64,000 bases of DNA from positions 62,001 through 126,000 of IMG/VR virus record IMGVR_UViG_3300032240_001991, one strand, 5' to 3'. The position numbers were made by a program, and so were the translations under genes. This document shows positions 15,898 through 26,373 of this stretch, piece after piece. Numbering within the stretch: the stretch's first letter is position 1; each line of letters opens with the position of its first letter. The notes below the pieces were generated by a model, which made no database searches, was not told where the DNA came from, and saw only the letters and a list, made by a program, of their open reading frames with translations.

Positions 15898-16557
15898 TTA
15901 GTACAAAATGCCTGCAGACTGAAAGAAATCATAATCAACTTGATAGTATTCTTTTATTGCAGAGATCTCTTCAGCTGTAGGTGTAGGATCATTGATTAGT
16001 CCGATACTGGCGTTTTCTTTTGTAAAGGTATATGAACTGATATCTAACGAAGCCATTATGTTTGCAATGCTGTTATCAATATCTCTATATGGTAAAAGGG
16101 TGACGTTATCAAAATTACACCAATTTATCTGTGGTTTCATTAAAGGCCAGTAGACACCTGCTGTTTCTGCAAAATTTGTTTTCAAAAAATCTATAATTTT
16201 AATATTTCTCAGCGCAGTTTGTATTTCCGGGGATAACTGATCAAAGGGTGTTCGATCAAGAAAAGACATTTCAATAGAATCTCCATAGAAATAGTGTATC
16301 ATGTCAGGGATACATCCTGGTCTGGTTCTTATGTAATTCCATGTTGATAAAAATCTATCAACCGGATCTCTATGCAGGCAAAACATTTTAATGCCGGGGT
16401 CGGGAAAAAATTTCTGATTAAATTCTTGATAATTTGTATGATTGTGTAGACATTCGTCAAAGAGAACGCCCGTGGATTGTAGACAGGTCACCAGACTGGT
16501 GGTTGCGGTTTTGGGATTTAAAAATATTGCAACGGATTTTTCTGCTGAATAGATCAT
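15898..16557 (-). CDS. Sulfotransferase (Sulfotransfer_2-like)
   Basis: 5'-phosphosulfate loop NPKTATTSL and 3'-phosphate motif RDPVDRFLSTW; PQ..W motif. Confidence 0.85.
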   Translation of the reverse strand: MIYSAEKSVAIFLNPKTATTSLVTCLQSTGVLFDECLHNHTNYQEFNQKFFPDPGIKMFCLHRDPVDRFLSTWNYIRTRPGCIPDMIHYFYGDSIEMSFLDRTPFDQLSPEIQTALRNIKIIDFLKTNFAETAGVYWPLMKPQINWCNFDNVTLLPYRDIDNSIANIMASLDISSYTFTKENASIGLINDPTPTAEEISAIKEYYQVDYDFFQSAGILY

Positions 16558-16787
16558 GATTTTAATTTTTCGATATTTAAATTTTGTGCGGCAATGATGT
16601 CAAAATTGGCGTTTATGAAATCTCTAATTTTCATCCCGTTCAGATCGAGAACAGGAACAACAGAATATTCTTCACTTGTTACTCTCTTGCCCGTATTATA
16701 ATCAACAGTCGATATTCTGAAAACTATATTTTCACTGACACCGGGTATAATTTCGAGCGCATGTTTATAAGCAGGAAATGTGTTCAT
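16554..16787 (-). CDS. Hypothetical protein
   Basis: Coupled between the fibre gene and the sulfotransferase. Confidence 0.65.
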   Translation of the reverse strand: MNTFPAYKHALEIIPGVSENIVFRISTVDYNTGKRVTSEEYSVVPVLDLNGMKIRDFINANFDIIAAQNLNIEKLKS

Positions 16788-16788
16788 G

Positions 16789-18426
16789 TTAGTAATAACT
16801 GATTAAAACAGCTCCATTTTGTCCAGCCGCTCCGGTAACATTTTGATAGGCGCTATATACGGCAGGGAATGAGTTGAAAAGTGGATTGCCAAAATTGGCG
16901 TAGTTACCGGTTATTATGGCGCTGCCCGCCGCTCCGTAAGAGTCACCGAAGAATCCTATTGTTCCGGCGGCAACTCCTGGACAAAAAATACGGGTCGGAG
17001 AGTATCCACCGTCACTAAAACTAAAAAAATAAAATGTAGTAGTAGACCCTGCTCCGGTGATATTCACATCATTGCCTCCAGAAGCCGTTCCCCCAGCAGC
17101 ACCATAATAGTCAGAAGGTCCTGAAGTTGCACTTCCTCCTCTTGCAGTCATAGTAGTGAATGCAAAGCTGGATGTGGAAACTGTGCTGGTTGTTCCGGGT
17201 TTTCCCGGAGTAGGACTGGATGTGCCAGAATCGCCTTGCCCTCCGCCCGCGCCGCCTGCACCCACTGTTATAAAAAGAGTTTTACCAGATAAAGTGCTGA
17301 CATTGTAAACAGATCTACAGTATCCGCCTGCTCCGGATTCTCCTACCCAATAAATCGTGTAGGAGGGATAGTTGCCACCGGTGTCATCTATGACCATCTT
17401 GTGTCCACCTCCCCCTCCCCAGGCTTCTACATACATTAAATTTACACCTGAAGGAATGACATGAGTAAAATTACCCGGTGTGCTATATAATGTACTAGTT
17501 GTAGGTAATCGGCTTATTTCGTCAAAAATACCCGATGTGCTGGCAGATCCGGTATTGGTCAGACGAAAAGCTGTGGAGCTACCGGCATTTGTTACTTCGT
17601 CTAATTCAATGTATCTTATTGCGTCGGTAGCTATTTTGGCCTGAGTCGATGGTGTGGGTTGTGTGTAGGGAGATAAACCTGAATACTGAATTACATTATT
17701 GGCGCAAATCGGTGGCACTGTGTCAGTATTAGGCGGAGTTTTACTCAGCATGGTTAGGTTTGTGACTTTGTTGATAAATCTTTTTGAATAGCTGTCAACG
17801 TTAAGCAACAATACAGTACTGGCAGAGGTGGTTAAACTACTGGTAGGCACGGAAAAGTTACTGGTATAAACTGAGGAAGTAGTTATTCTAAAATCTTTCA
17901 TAAGACCGGTAAACCACCCACCGTATATAGAGAAGTTGTACACATAAGGATAAGTGTTATTAAAAGACAATGCTCCTAATATACCAGGAGAAAGAGTAGC
18001 AGAATCTGTAGTTGTAGAAGCTACAGACACTCCATTTATAAAGAACGTGCTGGTAGTGCCTTTTCTAGTCCATGCTATATGCGACCATTGTTGAACAGCG
18101 ACCGGCCCCAATGAATCAAACACTACAGAGCCGTTGTTAAAGCAAGATATAAACCCGTTACGTAGACTGCACCATCCATTGGTATACCCAGGATTTCCTG
18201 GAGAATTTCGATTTGAAAAAACAGTCATTACACCAAGATTTGTTTGATAAATCCAAGATTCTACAGTAAAATCTCCGCTTAGGTCTATAGGACTATTAAT
18301 ATTACAATAGCTCCTTCCATCAAAAGACAGACTCCCTCCATCAATTATGGAAACTTCATCAAAATAGTTAACCCCATTTGATCTTAAATCGCCGTTATTT
18401 CTTAAACTCCAGGCTGCTAGCGTCAT
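16789..18426 (-). CDS. Virion protein with LamG/concanavalin-like and Gly-rich domains
   Basis: DFTVESWIY...QQWSHIAWTR.G....FING...GLMKDFRIT (LamG); EAWGGGGG...GAGGY..VGAGG..G (Gly-rich domain). Confidence 0.8.
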   Translation of the reverse strand: MTLAAWSLRNNGDLRSNGVNYFDEVSIIDGGSLSFDGRSYCNINSPIDLSGDFTVESWIYQTNLGVMTVFSNRNSPGNPGYTNGWCSLRNGFISCFNNGSVVFDSLGPVAVQQWSHIAWTRKGTTSTFFINGVSVASTTTDSATLSPGILGALSFNNTYPYVYNFSIYGGWFTGLMKDFRITTSSVYTSNFSVPTSSLTTSASTVLLLNVDSYSKRFINKVTNLTMLSKTPPNTDTVPPICANNVIQYSGLSPYTQPTPSTQAKIATDAIRYIELDEVTNAGSSTAFRLTNTGSASTSGIFDEISRLPTTSTLYSTPGNFTHVIPSGVNLMYVEAWGGGGGHKMVIDDTGGNYPSYTIYWVGESGAGGYCRSVYNVSTLSGKTLFITVGAGGAGGGQGDSGTSSPTPGKPGTTSTVSTSSFAFTTMTARGGSATSGPSDYYGAAGGTASGGNDVNITGAGSTTTFYFFSFSDGGYSPTRIFCPGVAAGTIGFFGDSYGAAGSAIITGNYANFGNPLFNSFPAVYSAYQNVTGAAGQNGAVLISYY

Positions 18427-18429
18427 AGT

Positions 18430-20391
18430 TTATCCGAATATGATATCTAAACTGTTAGTAAATGTATTATAAAATTGATATACTGCGCTAACATTAGTGT
18501 TTGAATTAACAAATCCCATTCTTCCAGCTGTGTAGATATTACCACCGACCCCTGCTCCTCCAGCTACCTGCAGAGCGCCGGTATTGGTTGACAGAGAATT
18601 TGTAACGTTGGTAATTGTAAAAATACCAGTATAAGGAGATATCGGGCCACTCGATCCTGAACCGGACGATCCAATGTATCCTGCTGGACCAAGTGGGCCA
18701 AGTGAACCTGATGGGCCAATACCTTGGCTACCAATATAACCTATCGGACCTAGTGGACCTAACGGACCTAGTGGACCTAGATTGCCTTGACTACCAATAT
18801 AACCAATTGGACCCAACGGACCCAACGGACCTAACGGACCCAACGGACCTAACGGACCTAGTGTACCAATACTACCGGCGTATCCTCGAGATCCAGTATA
18901 ACCTGCTGGTCCAGGTTTATCGAAAAATAATGCGTAATTGCGCCCATCAGTAAGATATTCGTTTGGATTGTTAGTGGGCGAAGATAACCAACCACCACCT
19001 AGTGCAATAGTTGTCCCAGTAGTATAAGTTCCATTTGTTGACACAGTATAATAATAACTACTGTACACCAAAGTTGGGTTAGCTTCGTCGATAACATATA
19101 ATATTCCTGGTATAGTACTACTGTATGACAGCAGTGTTTGGCCTACATTTTCACCAAATCTATTATAATCTTTGTTTACATTGATGTTACCAATAATACT
19201 GTTATCATCAAAATCTAAATTAAATTGTCCCGAAGGTGGTGGCGGTAGACCAATACCATTAGTATAGTTCATGCCTTGGAACGTATAGCGTAAACCAGTT
19301 GGCAGCGCGCCCATTGATCCAGTATAACCTGTACTACCAGTATATCCACGCGAACCAATAAAGCCCTGTGGGCCTAATGGGCCAAGTGGCCCGAGATTAC
19401 CAAAACTACCTATGTATCCTATAGGGCCTTGAGGACCTAGTGGGCCAAGTGGACCTAAATTGCCTTGACTACCTACGTAGCCTATAGGACCTTGTGGACC
19501 CTGTGGGCCTTGAGGACCTAGTGGGCCTAACGGACCTAAGTTACCTTGACTGCCTACGTAACCTATTGGACCTTGTGGACCTATTGGGCCTTGTGGACCA
19601 AGTGGACCTAACGGACCTAAATTGCCTTGACTACCTACGTAGCCTATAGGACCTTGTGGACCTATCGGGCCTTGAGGACCTAACGGACCTAACGGACCTA
19701 AGTTACCTTGACTACCTACGTAGCCTATCGGGCCCTGAGGACCTAGTGGACCAAGTGGACCTAAGTTACCTTGACTACCTGCGTAACCTATTGGACCTTG
19801 TGGACCTTGTGGACCTATCGGGCCTTGTGGACCAAGTGGACCTAACGGACCTAAGTTACCTTGACTACCTACGTAGCCTATCGGGCCCTGAGGACCTAGT
19901 GGACCAAGTGGACCTAAGTTACCTTGACTACCTGCGTAACCTATTGGGCCCTGCGGACCCAAAGGACCTAATGGACCTAAGTTGCCTTGACTACCCGCAT
20001 AACCAATTGGGCCCTGCGAACCTTGAAGCCCTCGGCTACCTACATAACCAATTGATCCAGTGTACCCGCCGCCGCCCCCTCCTCCGCCAGCACTGCCGGT
20101 ATATCCGTATCCTACTTCGATTCCATTAACTATTAATGTTCCGCTGAGATTCGTAACAGTTCCCAAAACTTGTAAATTTTGTTTAATCAATACGTTGGAA
20201 TTAAATGTGCTAGAATTAATAACCACTAACGATGGGGTAGTAAACACTCCCATCGAATCCAACGTAGCATTATAAGACCCATTAATTAATTGACTGACTG
20301 GGATATTATTAGGATCCCACTTGACGCCGTCAAAAATATATCCTGCATACGTTGTACCAGTTGAGGGATTAGTTGGAAAATTTAATGCCAT
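18430..20391 (-). CDS. Collagen-like (Gly-X-Y) fibre protein
   Basis: Two long G-X-Y tracts ([21 protein letters not shown] units); N-terminal [12 protein letters not shown]...YIFDGVKW module. Confidence 0.9.
   Translation of the reverse strand: MALNFPTNPSTGTTYAGYIFDGVKWDPNNIPVSQLINGSYNATLDSMGVFTTPSLVVINSSTFNSNVLIKQNLQVLGTVTNLSGTLIVNGIEVGYGYTGSAGGGGGGGGYTGSIGYVGSRGLQGSQGPIGYAGSQGNLGPLGPLGPQGPIGYAGSQGNLGPLGPLGPQGPIGYVGSQGNLGPLGPLGPQGPIGPQGPQGPIGYAGSQGNLGPLGPLGPQGPIGYVGSQGNLGPLGPLGPQGPIGPQGPIGYVGSQGNLGPLGPLGPQGPIGPQGPIGYVGSQGNLGPLGPLGPQGPQGPQGPIGYVGSQGNLGPLGPLGPQGPIGYIGSFGNLGPLGPLGPQGFIGSRGYTGSTGYTGSMGALPTGLRYTFQGMNYTNGIGLPPPPSGQFNLDFDDNSIIGNINVNKDYNRFGENVGQTLLSYSSTIPGILYVIDEANPTLVYSSYYYTVSTNGTYTTGTTIALGGGWLSSPTNNPNEYLTDGRNYALFFDKPGPAGYTGSRGYAGSIGTLGPLGPLGPLGPLGPLGPIGYIGSQGNLGPLGPLGPLGPIGYIGSQGIGPSGSLGPLGPAGYIGSSGSGSSGPISPYTGIFTITNVTNSLSTNTGALQVAGGAGVGGNIYTAGRMGFVNSNTNVSAVYQFYNTFTNSLDIIFG
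19360..20045 (-). repeat. Coding tandem repeats of collagen units
   Basis: Degenerate 9-nt GGACCTAAC/GGACCTTGT units and longer repeats such as GGACCTAAGTTACCTTGACTACCTACGTAGCCTAT; differences fall mainly at third codon positions. Confidence 0.9.
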
Positions 20392-20406
20392 AATGTATCT
20401 CTATTT

Positions 20407-21990
20407 TTACAACGCTTCGATATAATTCATTGTCGCCCAAATTTCGGCATCGACACCGCCGCCAGAAATTTGTTTAACTATTAAAACAATTTTATCTGCA
20501 TCAGTATATGCAATATTAGATCCTAAATTTAAAAAGTTTAAAGATGTGCGTACATCAAAAGATGCGCCTGAATTAAAAAGTCCACCTATCAATTCTATGC
20601 CACCCGTCCAAGTAGTACTAGGTGTATAATCCCATTGTCTGGTAGTTTTTCCTATATTGGTTGGAACAACATCATTGGTTAATATTGTAGGATTGAGTAA
20701 TAATCTCCATAAAAAGGTAGCAGGATTGGCATTTTTTCCTTGATTAGCAGCATCGGTTATATCAATAGCTTGTACTTGTAGATCTGCTCTCTGGTAGGGT
20801 TCGCCGGCTCTTAATCCTACTCCTAAAATTGCATATTCGTTGGTTCCTCCTGCCGAATAAACAGTAGTGGATGTAGTTCTAGCTAAACCAAACGAAGGAT
20901 TTAATTCCACTTCTGCTTCAGTATTAATACAAGTTTCTGACCAAGTCATAGTAGGTAGATAAGAAACTACTCCAGTATTAGTCATTTCGAAACGATCAGG
21001 CACAGAAGGCGCATTGGCCCAGTGAGTTCCTAATTGTCCGGTATAGTCAATCATGTGGCAGACTTGATTACCATGCCCAACGTTTATACCAAACCGTATT
21101 CTATTAGTTCGAGATCCAGCAAAGTCTAACCACCAAACATATTTCATGTGTAGACCAGTTTGTGTGGCTATTCCGGTTCCATGCCCAGCAGTATAAGATC
21201 CAGGATTCACAGCATAAGTGAGAGTAACAGTATTAGTTGAAGTAGCAGATATCATGGTTATACCATTATACCCGGTATTTCCGTCATTAAAACCAGTAAC
21301 GGTGGCTTTAGTACCAATTCTAAATGGGCAAGTACTAGCAGTATTGTATTTCACATTATATTTGGTTTCGTTGGTAATAGTAGAAATCACTATTGTAGAA
21401 CTACTAACAAATGAGCCTAAAGTAAATGCCACAGCAGAACCAGTGGTTAAATTTATATTGCTAGGGCCTGTTCCATCTAATCGATCATAGGTCCAAGAAG
21501 ATCTAGGATACCGATCCTCTACTAAAGTTCCGTCAATTAAACGTCTACGAACAACAAAATATAATTCATTATTAGAAACTTCAAAAAATGTACCATTAAA
21601 AGCTGTAAATAGTCCTCTACGTTTAACAACATTAGCATCATATCCGTTAAATGCTCCTGCTGATTGCCATACCATACTGACGCTAGGACGTAATTTATGT
21701 CTACGTCGGCTAATGCGTATTGCACTACCCGTACTATCAGTTCCGCTGGTAATCAGGATACTAGCAATATTCTGCACAAATGAACTAGTGGAATTAGTTC
21801 CTGTAAAATTTTCAATGTATCGAAGATCACCATCTTTATCAACAATCGGGGCATACCACCATGATTGTGTAGGGGGAGCAACACGTAACCGTCCTAAAGC
21901 ATCTAATTGTGTGTTAATATCGTCTACATATTGTACAAGTTGTGTACCTGTGCTATAAACTTGTTGATTATTATTAAACAAGTACGTCAT
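20407..21990 (-). CDS. Putative virion structural protein
   Basis: DALGRLRVAPP...RISRRRH...YDRLDGTGPS pattern typical of large-phage virion proteins; T/S/G-rich. Confidence 0.65.
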   Translation of the reverse strand: MTYLFNNNQQVYSTGTQLVQYVDDINTQLDALGRLRVAPPTQSWWYAPIVDKDGDLRYIENFTGTNSTSSFVQNIASILITSGTDSTGSAIRISRRRHKLRPSVSMVWQSAGAFNGYDANVVKRRGLFTAFNGTFFEVSNNELYFVVRRRLIDGTLVEDRYPRSSWTYDRLDGTGPSNINLTTGSAVAFTLGSFVSSSTIVISTITNETKYNVKYNTASTCPFRIGTKATVTGFNDGNTGYNGITMISATSTNTVTLTYAVNPGSYTAGHGTGIATQTGLHMKYVWWLDFAGSRTNRIRFGINVGHGNQVCHMIDYTGQLGTHWANAPSVPDRFEMTNTGVVSYLPTMTWSETCINTEAEVELNPSFGLARTTSTTVYSAGGTNEYAILGVGLRAGEPYQRADLQVQAIDITDAANQGKNANPATFLWRLLLNPTILTNDVVPTNIGKTTRQWDYTPSTTWTGGIELIGGLFNSGASFDVRTSLNFLNLGSNIAYTDADKIVLIVKQISGGGVDAEIWATMNYIEAL

Positions 21991-23177
21991 ATTATTCTCC
22001 AGCCATCTCTGTATATCATGTGTAACCCACCGTTATCAACTTCTAAGATGGCGCCCCCTGTGTCGTTATCTATTGTACTATTTAAGGTAATTGGGTTAAC
22101 AGAACAAGCGCCGCTTTCGTCTTTAACAACCATTTCTTGCCCTGGCATACCACTAGGAACAGTTATTGACACAGGCCCTGCATAGTTAACTCCGATATAC
22201 CAATCAGATGATGATGCTGTATATACCGACGAAGTTACTAATACAGTCTGTCGTAATAAAACAGGAGTGGAAGGCCCGCCCGAATTAGCACGCACCCAAG
22301 CATTGGGATAATAGAAAATGTACATTTCCCCATTAACATCATCCCACCATAAGTCTCCATTATTTGGATTACTCGGGGGATTATCTGCTACAGTTACACC
22401 TGGCCCTTTTGATCCGAGGTATCCAGCACTACCGACGTACCCTATCGAACCCTGACTTCCGACGTAACCGGCTCCGCCGCTACCAGTATATCCGGTTCCT
22501 TGAGATCCGAAGTATCCTGCTGGACCTATTAATCCTTGAGATCCGAAGTATCCTGCTGGACCTATTAATCCTTGAGATCCAAAGTATCCTGCTGGACCTA
22601 TTAATCCTTGAGATCCAAAGTATCCTGCTGGACCTATTAATCCTTGAGATCCAAAGTATCCTGCTGGACCCGGTGGACCAGCATATCCTTGCGGCCCTAA
22701 GTTACCTTGACTCCCGATGAATCCGATCGATCCAACATATCCTTGCGGCCCTAAGTTACCTTGACTCCCGATGAATCCGATCGATCCAACATATCCAAAA
22801 CCTGAAGATCCTGTGTATCCACTTATACCATCAGCACCTGAAGATCCTGTGTATCCACCACTTGGCCCTGGGTCTCCTTTACTCCCAACATACCCTATAG
22901 AGCCGGTATACCCTCCGCCTATTCCTCCGGTATTGGTAATAGTTACAACTCCCGTTGAAGTATCAACAGAAATTCCCGCACCGGCAATAATGGCTGTAAC
23001 TCCGCCGCTTGTCGAGGTGCTAGCCCCGCCGACAATTATACCTCCCGGAGTAAAGCCGTCGCTAACTCTAATGGTATTGGTAATAGGATCATACCAAAGA
23101 CGGCCTACTTCCCCTATTCGGGTAGTGCCATCACCATAATTCCGTCTACTGGTAAAAAAATCCTGTGTATAGGCCAC
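21987..23177 (-). CDS. Collagen-like virion protein
   Basis: GYxGS-containing G-X-Y tract; PPSNPNNGDLWWDD module; AAGGAG RBS, GTG start. Confidence 0.85.
   Translation of the reverse strand: MAYTQDFFTSRRNYGDGTTRIGEVGRLWYDPITNTIRVSDGFTPGGIIVGGASTSTSGGVTAIIAGAGISVDTSTGVVTITNTGGIGGGYTGSIGYVGSKGDPGPSGGYTGSSGADGISGYTGSSGFGYVGSIGFIGSQGNLGPQGYVGSIGFIGSQGNLGPQGYAGPPGPAGYFGSQGLIGPAGYFGSQGLIGPAGYFGSQGLIGPAGYFGSQGLIGPAGYFGSQGTGYTGSGGAGYVGSQGSIGYVGSAGYLGSKGPGVTVADNPPSNPNNGDLWWDDVNGEMYIFYYPNAWVRANSGGPSTPVLLRQTVLVTSSVYTASSSDWYIGVNYAGPVSITVPSGMPGQEMVVKDESGACSVNPITLNSTIDNDTGGAILEVDNGGLHMIYRDGWRII
22497..22790 (-). repeat. Coding tandem repeats (36-nt x about 4.8 and 54-nt x 2)
   Basis: TCCTTGAGATCC(G/A)AAGTATCCTGCTGGACCTATTAA units encode LIGPAGYFGSQG; the 54-nt duplication encodes [18 protein letters not shown]. 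Confidence 0.9.
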
Positions 23178-23187
23178 GGATTACTCC

Positions 23188-23400
23188 TTAGCCATCTAAT
23201 GGATCATCGTCGTCTGCTGCTAATAGATCTGCGTTTTTTTGCGGCACATCAGCCATTTTTTTCATAATTTCTATTTTAGTCTGTAAAGGAGGAACGAAGA
23301 CGTCTTTCTCTAAAGGACCTTTATCTTCTGGCTCGGGCTCTTTGCCATCAAGCGCATCGATTATATCTGCAATGCTTCTCATAAACTCTGCCGCCCTCAT
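23188..23400 (-). CDS. Acidic hypothetical protein (start refined to MRAAEF)
   Basis: AGGAG RBS before ATG 23400; TATAAATA upstream; FVPPLQ.K.E..KK motif. Confidence 0.75.
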   Translation of the reverse strand: MRAAEFMRSIADIIDALDGKEPEPEDKGPLEKDVFVPPLQTKIEIMKKMADVPQKNADLLAADDDDPLDG

Positions 23401-23530
23401 GCCATACGCTCCTGTGATTTTTCCTACTATAGTATATTTATAAAAATATTTCCTGTATTTAGCTAGTTGACTACAACAGGGCTTTACTATAATATACCTA
23501 TATAAAGGTAAAAATTTTGAAAGGAAGGTT

Positions 23531-23758
23531 ATGTTAAAATTAATTCTTGATCTAGATTGGCAACTGATGAACAATCAAGAAAAAGAAAAGTACGCTGTTT
23601 CACAAGAGCGTACTTTAATTTCTTACGGTGAGTATTACAAGTCTAAAGAACCTGCTGTATTTTTTCTAACTGATAATACTCTTCAGGTAAAATACAAAGA
23701 TTTTTATAAAAACACTCGTACAGAATTTTATACCTTAAAGATCTCTTCTGCAATTTGA
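23531..23758 (+). CDS. Hypothetical protein
   Basis: AAGGAAGG RBS. Confidence 0.6.
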   Translation: MLKLILDLDWQLMNNQEKEKYAVSQERTLISYGEYYKSKEPAVFFLTDNTLQVKYKDFYKNTRTEFYTLKISSAI

Positions 23759-23759
23759 T

Positions 23760-24527
23760 TTAACAAGGCGCTGCTCCAAATATCTTTTGTGAAGCTAGAC
23801 TCTTTTCTGGAGGATCTAGGATAGTCCATTCTGATCCTAATACAGGAGTAAGATGTATATGACTACGAGGAATCCAATATTTGTCGACTTTTATATCTAA
23901 TTGATCAACAATATTACTAAAGATACTGTCTAACAAAATAACAGCTTGGGCGCCTTCTATGATGCCCAACCAGTCAAATACATTATCTGTAATACCTTCA
24001 GTAATTTCAATATGTTGCCAATCACTAGGTATAGCGGTTAAGTCAGGAGTTACTGAAAAAGAGCTACCCTTAGTATGGGTTACAAAATAATTCTCCTGCT
24101 TGACTAATCGATCAAACAATGCCTGTTCTTTTTTATGATTACGATTAATGCAGTCGTTTAAGCGCCATTTGTATAGAAACGGAACGCCTGCTTTGGTGTA
24201 CTTAAATTCATCAAATTTTTGTATTTGAAACCAAGGAACTTGACTTAACTCAGGAACCACATTAAGGCTCTGATATAAACAGATAATTTCTTCACATTTT
24301 GCAGACTGTAACCGCCTTGTTGGTTCATTATAAAAGAATTCGCCACGTGCGTCTGTGGGAATACTGATCCATTTAACCCACGGAGCGGTATCTTTAAAAC
24401 TAGGATAAAATTCCTCGCAAATGGGCCAATGGATTTCGTAATCACGCTGATGATAGTAGTGAGCAATTGGTAGGGCTAGACATATGTCGCCTAGCCCTCT
24501 GCTCTGTATAATGCCTATTTTCTTCAT
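23760..24527 (-). CDS. GT9/heptosyltransferase-like glycosyltransferase
   Basis: N-terminal IIQSRGLGDICLALP; C-terminal IEGAQAVILLDS. Confidence 0.7.
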   Translation of the reverse strand: MKKIGIIQSRGLGDICLALPIAHYYHQRDYEIHWPICEEFYPSFKDTAPWVKWISIPTDARGEFFYNEPTRRLQSAKCEEIICLYQSLNVVPELSQVPWFQIQKFDEFKYTKAGVPFLYKWRLNDCINRNHKKEQALFDRLVKQENYFVTHTKGSSFSVTPDLTAIPSDWQHIEITEGITDNVFDWLGIIEGAQAVILLDSIFSNIVDQLDIKVDKYWIPRSHIHLTPVLGSEWTILDPPEKSLASQKIFGAAPC

Positions 24528-24528
24528 A

Positions 24529-25305
24529 TTAAAAATAATTCATGCCCTGTTGTTGTGGAAAGTAACATTCATTTCGCTCGATCGGCAAATCTCGACGCCC
24601 TTCGCACCAAATATCAGAGTGCCCTAACCCAATAGCTAATGAAAGTCCTACGCTTTGGTTGCCAATGAATACATTAGCCCCGTCAATATATTGCGCCATT
24701 TCAAGCAGGCTATTGACTGGCTGATAAGGAATATCCCATCCGATTACACGCTTAAACTCTTCGTATTCGTTCTTGAGCCCAATGAAGAAAGCACGGTTAT
24801 CAATTCCTTGATCTTTCCAATCTTTCCAAACTGCACTCAACTGCGGTGGAACCCACCGTGTCGTACGATTAATAGCAACGTCCCTGCCTTCTACTATCAA
24901 GGACTTTGGCACAGTAATCCAAGGAGTCTGCCTCAATTGCTTATGGGCTTCCACATCCATAATTCCAAAAGCAACAGCATAAACATCGACATAGTTTCCT
25001 GGATGCTTAACAAACAAGGGACGAAATTTGTCTAGATTATGGGTAATCTCTGTAGTTCTAGGATCCATGGGCGCAAATTTAGTGATGTAATCTTGTGCAT
25101 CCATGAAGCTCTTCATAAAATCGTAGTCTCTAGTGTTCATGCGTCCTGCATGAAAAGGAGGAGCAGGAACTCCATAAAACGTTTTACTAAGAACGTCAAT
25201 TTGATTCATATGCAGGTAAAAATCTCCCCCGCCAAAATGTTTTACAATTGGTAGACTGTAAATCAAATCTCCCAATGTTCCTGAATGTTTAAATGTTTTA
25301 GTCAC
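24529..25305 (-). CDS. GT9-like glycosyltransferase
   Basis: HSGTLGDLIYSLP and LLEMAQYIDGANVFIGNQSVGLSLA motifs. Confidence 0.7.
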   Translation of the reverse strand: MTKTFKHSGTLGDLIYSLPIVKHFGGGDFYLHMNQIDVLSKTFYGVPAPPFHAGRMNTRDYDFMKSFMDAQDYITKFAPMDPRTTEITHNLDKFRPLFVKHPGNYVDVYAVAFGIMDVEAHKQLRQTPWITVPKSLIVEGRDVAINRTTRWVPPQLSAVWKDWKDQGIDNRAFFIGLKNEYEEFKRVIGWDIPYQPVNSLLEMAQYIDGANVFIGNQSVGLSLAIGLGHSDIWCEGRRDLPIERNECYFPQQQGMNYF

Positions 25306-25402
25306 GATACGATCCTTTTTTGTATAGACATATTTAAAATATTATGTTAGCACATTAAATAATTTAGAGTCAAGAAAAATATTACAGATAATAAATAATC
25401 AT

Positions 25403-25654
25403 ATGAGAGCTCAAGAATTTATTTCAGAAAAGAAGGCCAGTGCTAAGATCTGCCGTAAGGGTAGAGAAGGCAAACGTATTGCTACCAGTATGCGTAGCAG
25501 TTGTGTAAGTCAGGGCCTAATGCCTCATAAGACCGGACACACTGCTGGAACCGGTAAGCAGGGTGTTAAAGGCTCTGGCGTAAAACTTGATGGAAAGACT
25601 CTCAAAGGTACAAAGTACAACGGACCGGTACAAGATTATAGCGGTAAGGGTTAA
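25403..25654 (+). CDS. Small basic protein with a capsid-targeting-like N-terminus
   Basis: MRAQEFISE then K/G/R-rich; TAAATA 5 nt before the ATG. Confidence 0.75.
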   Translation: MRAQEFISEKKASAKICRKGREGKRIATSMRSSCVSQGLMPHKTGHTAGTGKQGVKGSGVKLDGKTLKGTKYNGPVQDYSGKG

Positions 25655-25688
25655 TCCCCTTGCTAAAAAGTTTCTCTAGTAGAAGACT

Positions 25689-25787
25689 GTCAAGCGCCGA
25701 TTTGCCGATAGCCACATTGGCTGTGTCACATGGAAATTGGGAAAACAGTGACTTAGGGATCCTCGGGTGCCCAATTGACCGCTTGAC
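25689..25787 (-). ncRNA. Candidate 99-nt structured RNA
   Basis: 8-bp closing stem GTCAAGCG/CGCTTGAC enclosing three hairpins; begins 4 nt after a minus-strand TAAATA (25792-25797). Confidence 0.55.
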
Positions 25788-25801
25788 GAGGTATTTATCA
25801 T

Positions 25802-26356
25802 ATGTTTAACTTCATAAAATTTGTTACAGAATCTAAGAAAAAGAAGTTAGAACAAGTGTCTTTACCTTACGGAAAAGATGATCTTGGCCGTAGCCTCAGC
25901 AAGTATACTCTTGATTTGCATTATGGTAAGCTTTATAAAGCCTACGTAGATCGTTTTAATAAAGGACTAGGTGATTTAGATTTTAATGAAGCAGGCGCAT
26001 TTCTTCACGCCATTTATTTTACTCAATTTAAATCTCCTGTTAGTAACAATAAACCAACAGAACAGAGTTTAGAATTTATTGAAAAACATTTCAAAAGTTT
26101 TGATAATTTTAAAAAAGAGTTTTTAAGAATTGCTATGAGCATACAAGGAAGTGGTTGGGTGTACCTTGCTGGTGATGGCGAGATCAAGACTATTAAAAAT
26201 CACGAAATTAAAAATGACATCGTGCTCTTAATAGATTGGTGGGAGCATGCTTGGGTATTAGATTTTGGTAGCGATAAAGAACGCTATCTAGATAAGCAAT
26301 GGAATATTGTTGATTGGTCTAAAATAAATTATCTCTTGCAGGGAATGTCTAAATAA
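25802..26356 (+). CDS. Fe/Mn superoxide dismutase
   Basis: LPY, LHYGK..KAYV, LHAIYF, GSGWVYL, DWWEHAW; all four metal ligands present (H, H, D, H). Confidence 0.9.
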   Translation: MFNFIKFVTESKKKKLEQVSLPYGKDDLGRSLSKYTLDLHYGKLYKAYVDRFNKGLGDLDFNEAGAFLHAIYFTQFKSPVSNNKPTEQSLEFIEKHFKSFDNFKKEFLRIAMSIQGSGWVYLAGDGEIKTIKNHEIKNDIVLLIDWWEHAWVLDFGSDKERYLDKQWNIVDWSKINYLLQGMSK

Positions 26357-26373
26357 AGTTAGAGGTACATAAA

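Noticed and set aside
18700-22790. Tandem repeats as a possible CRISPR array
   Set aside because: The repeats are in-frame multiples of 9 nt inside long G-X-Y ORFs, vary at third codon positions and have no unique spacers, and there are no cas genes
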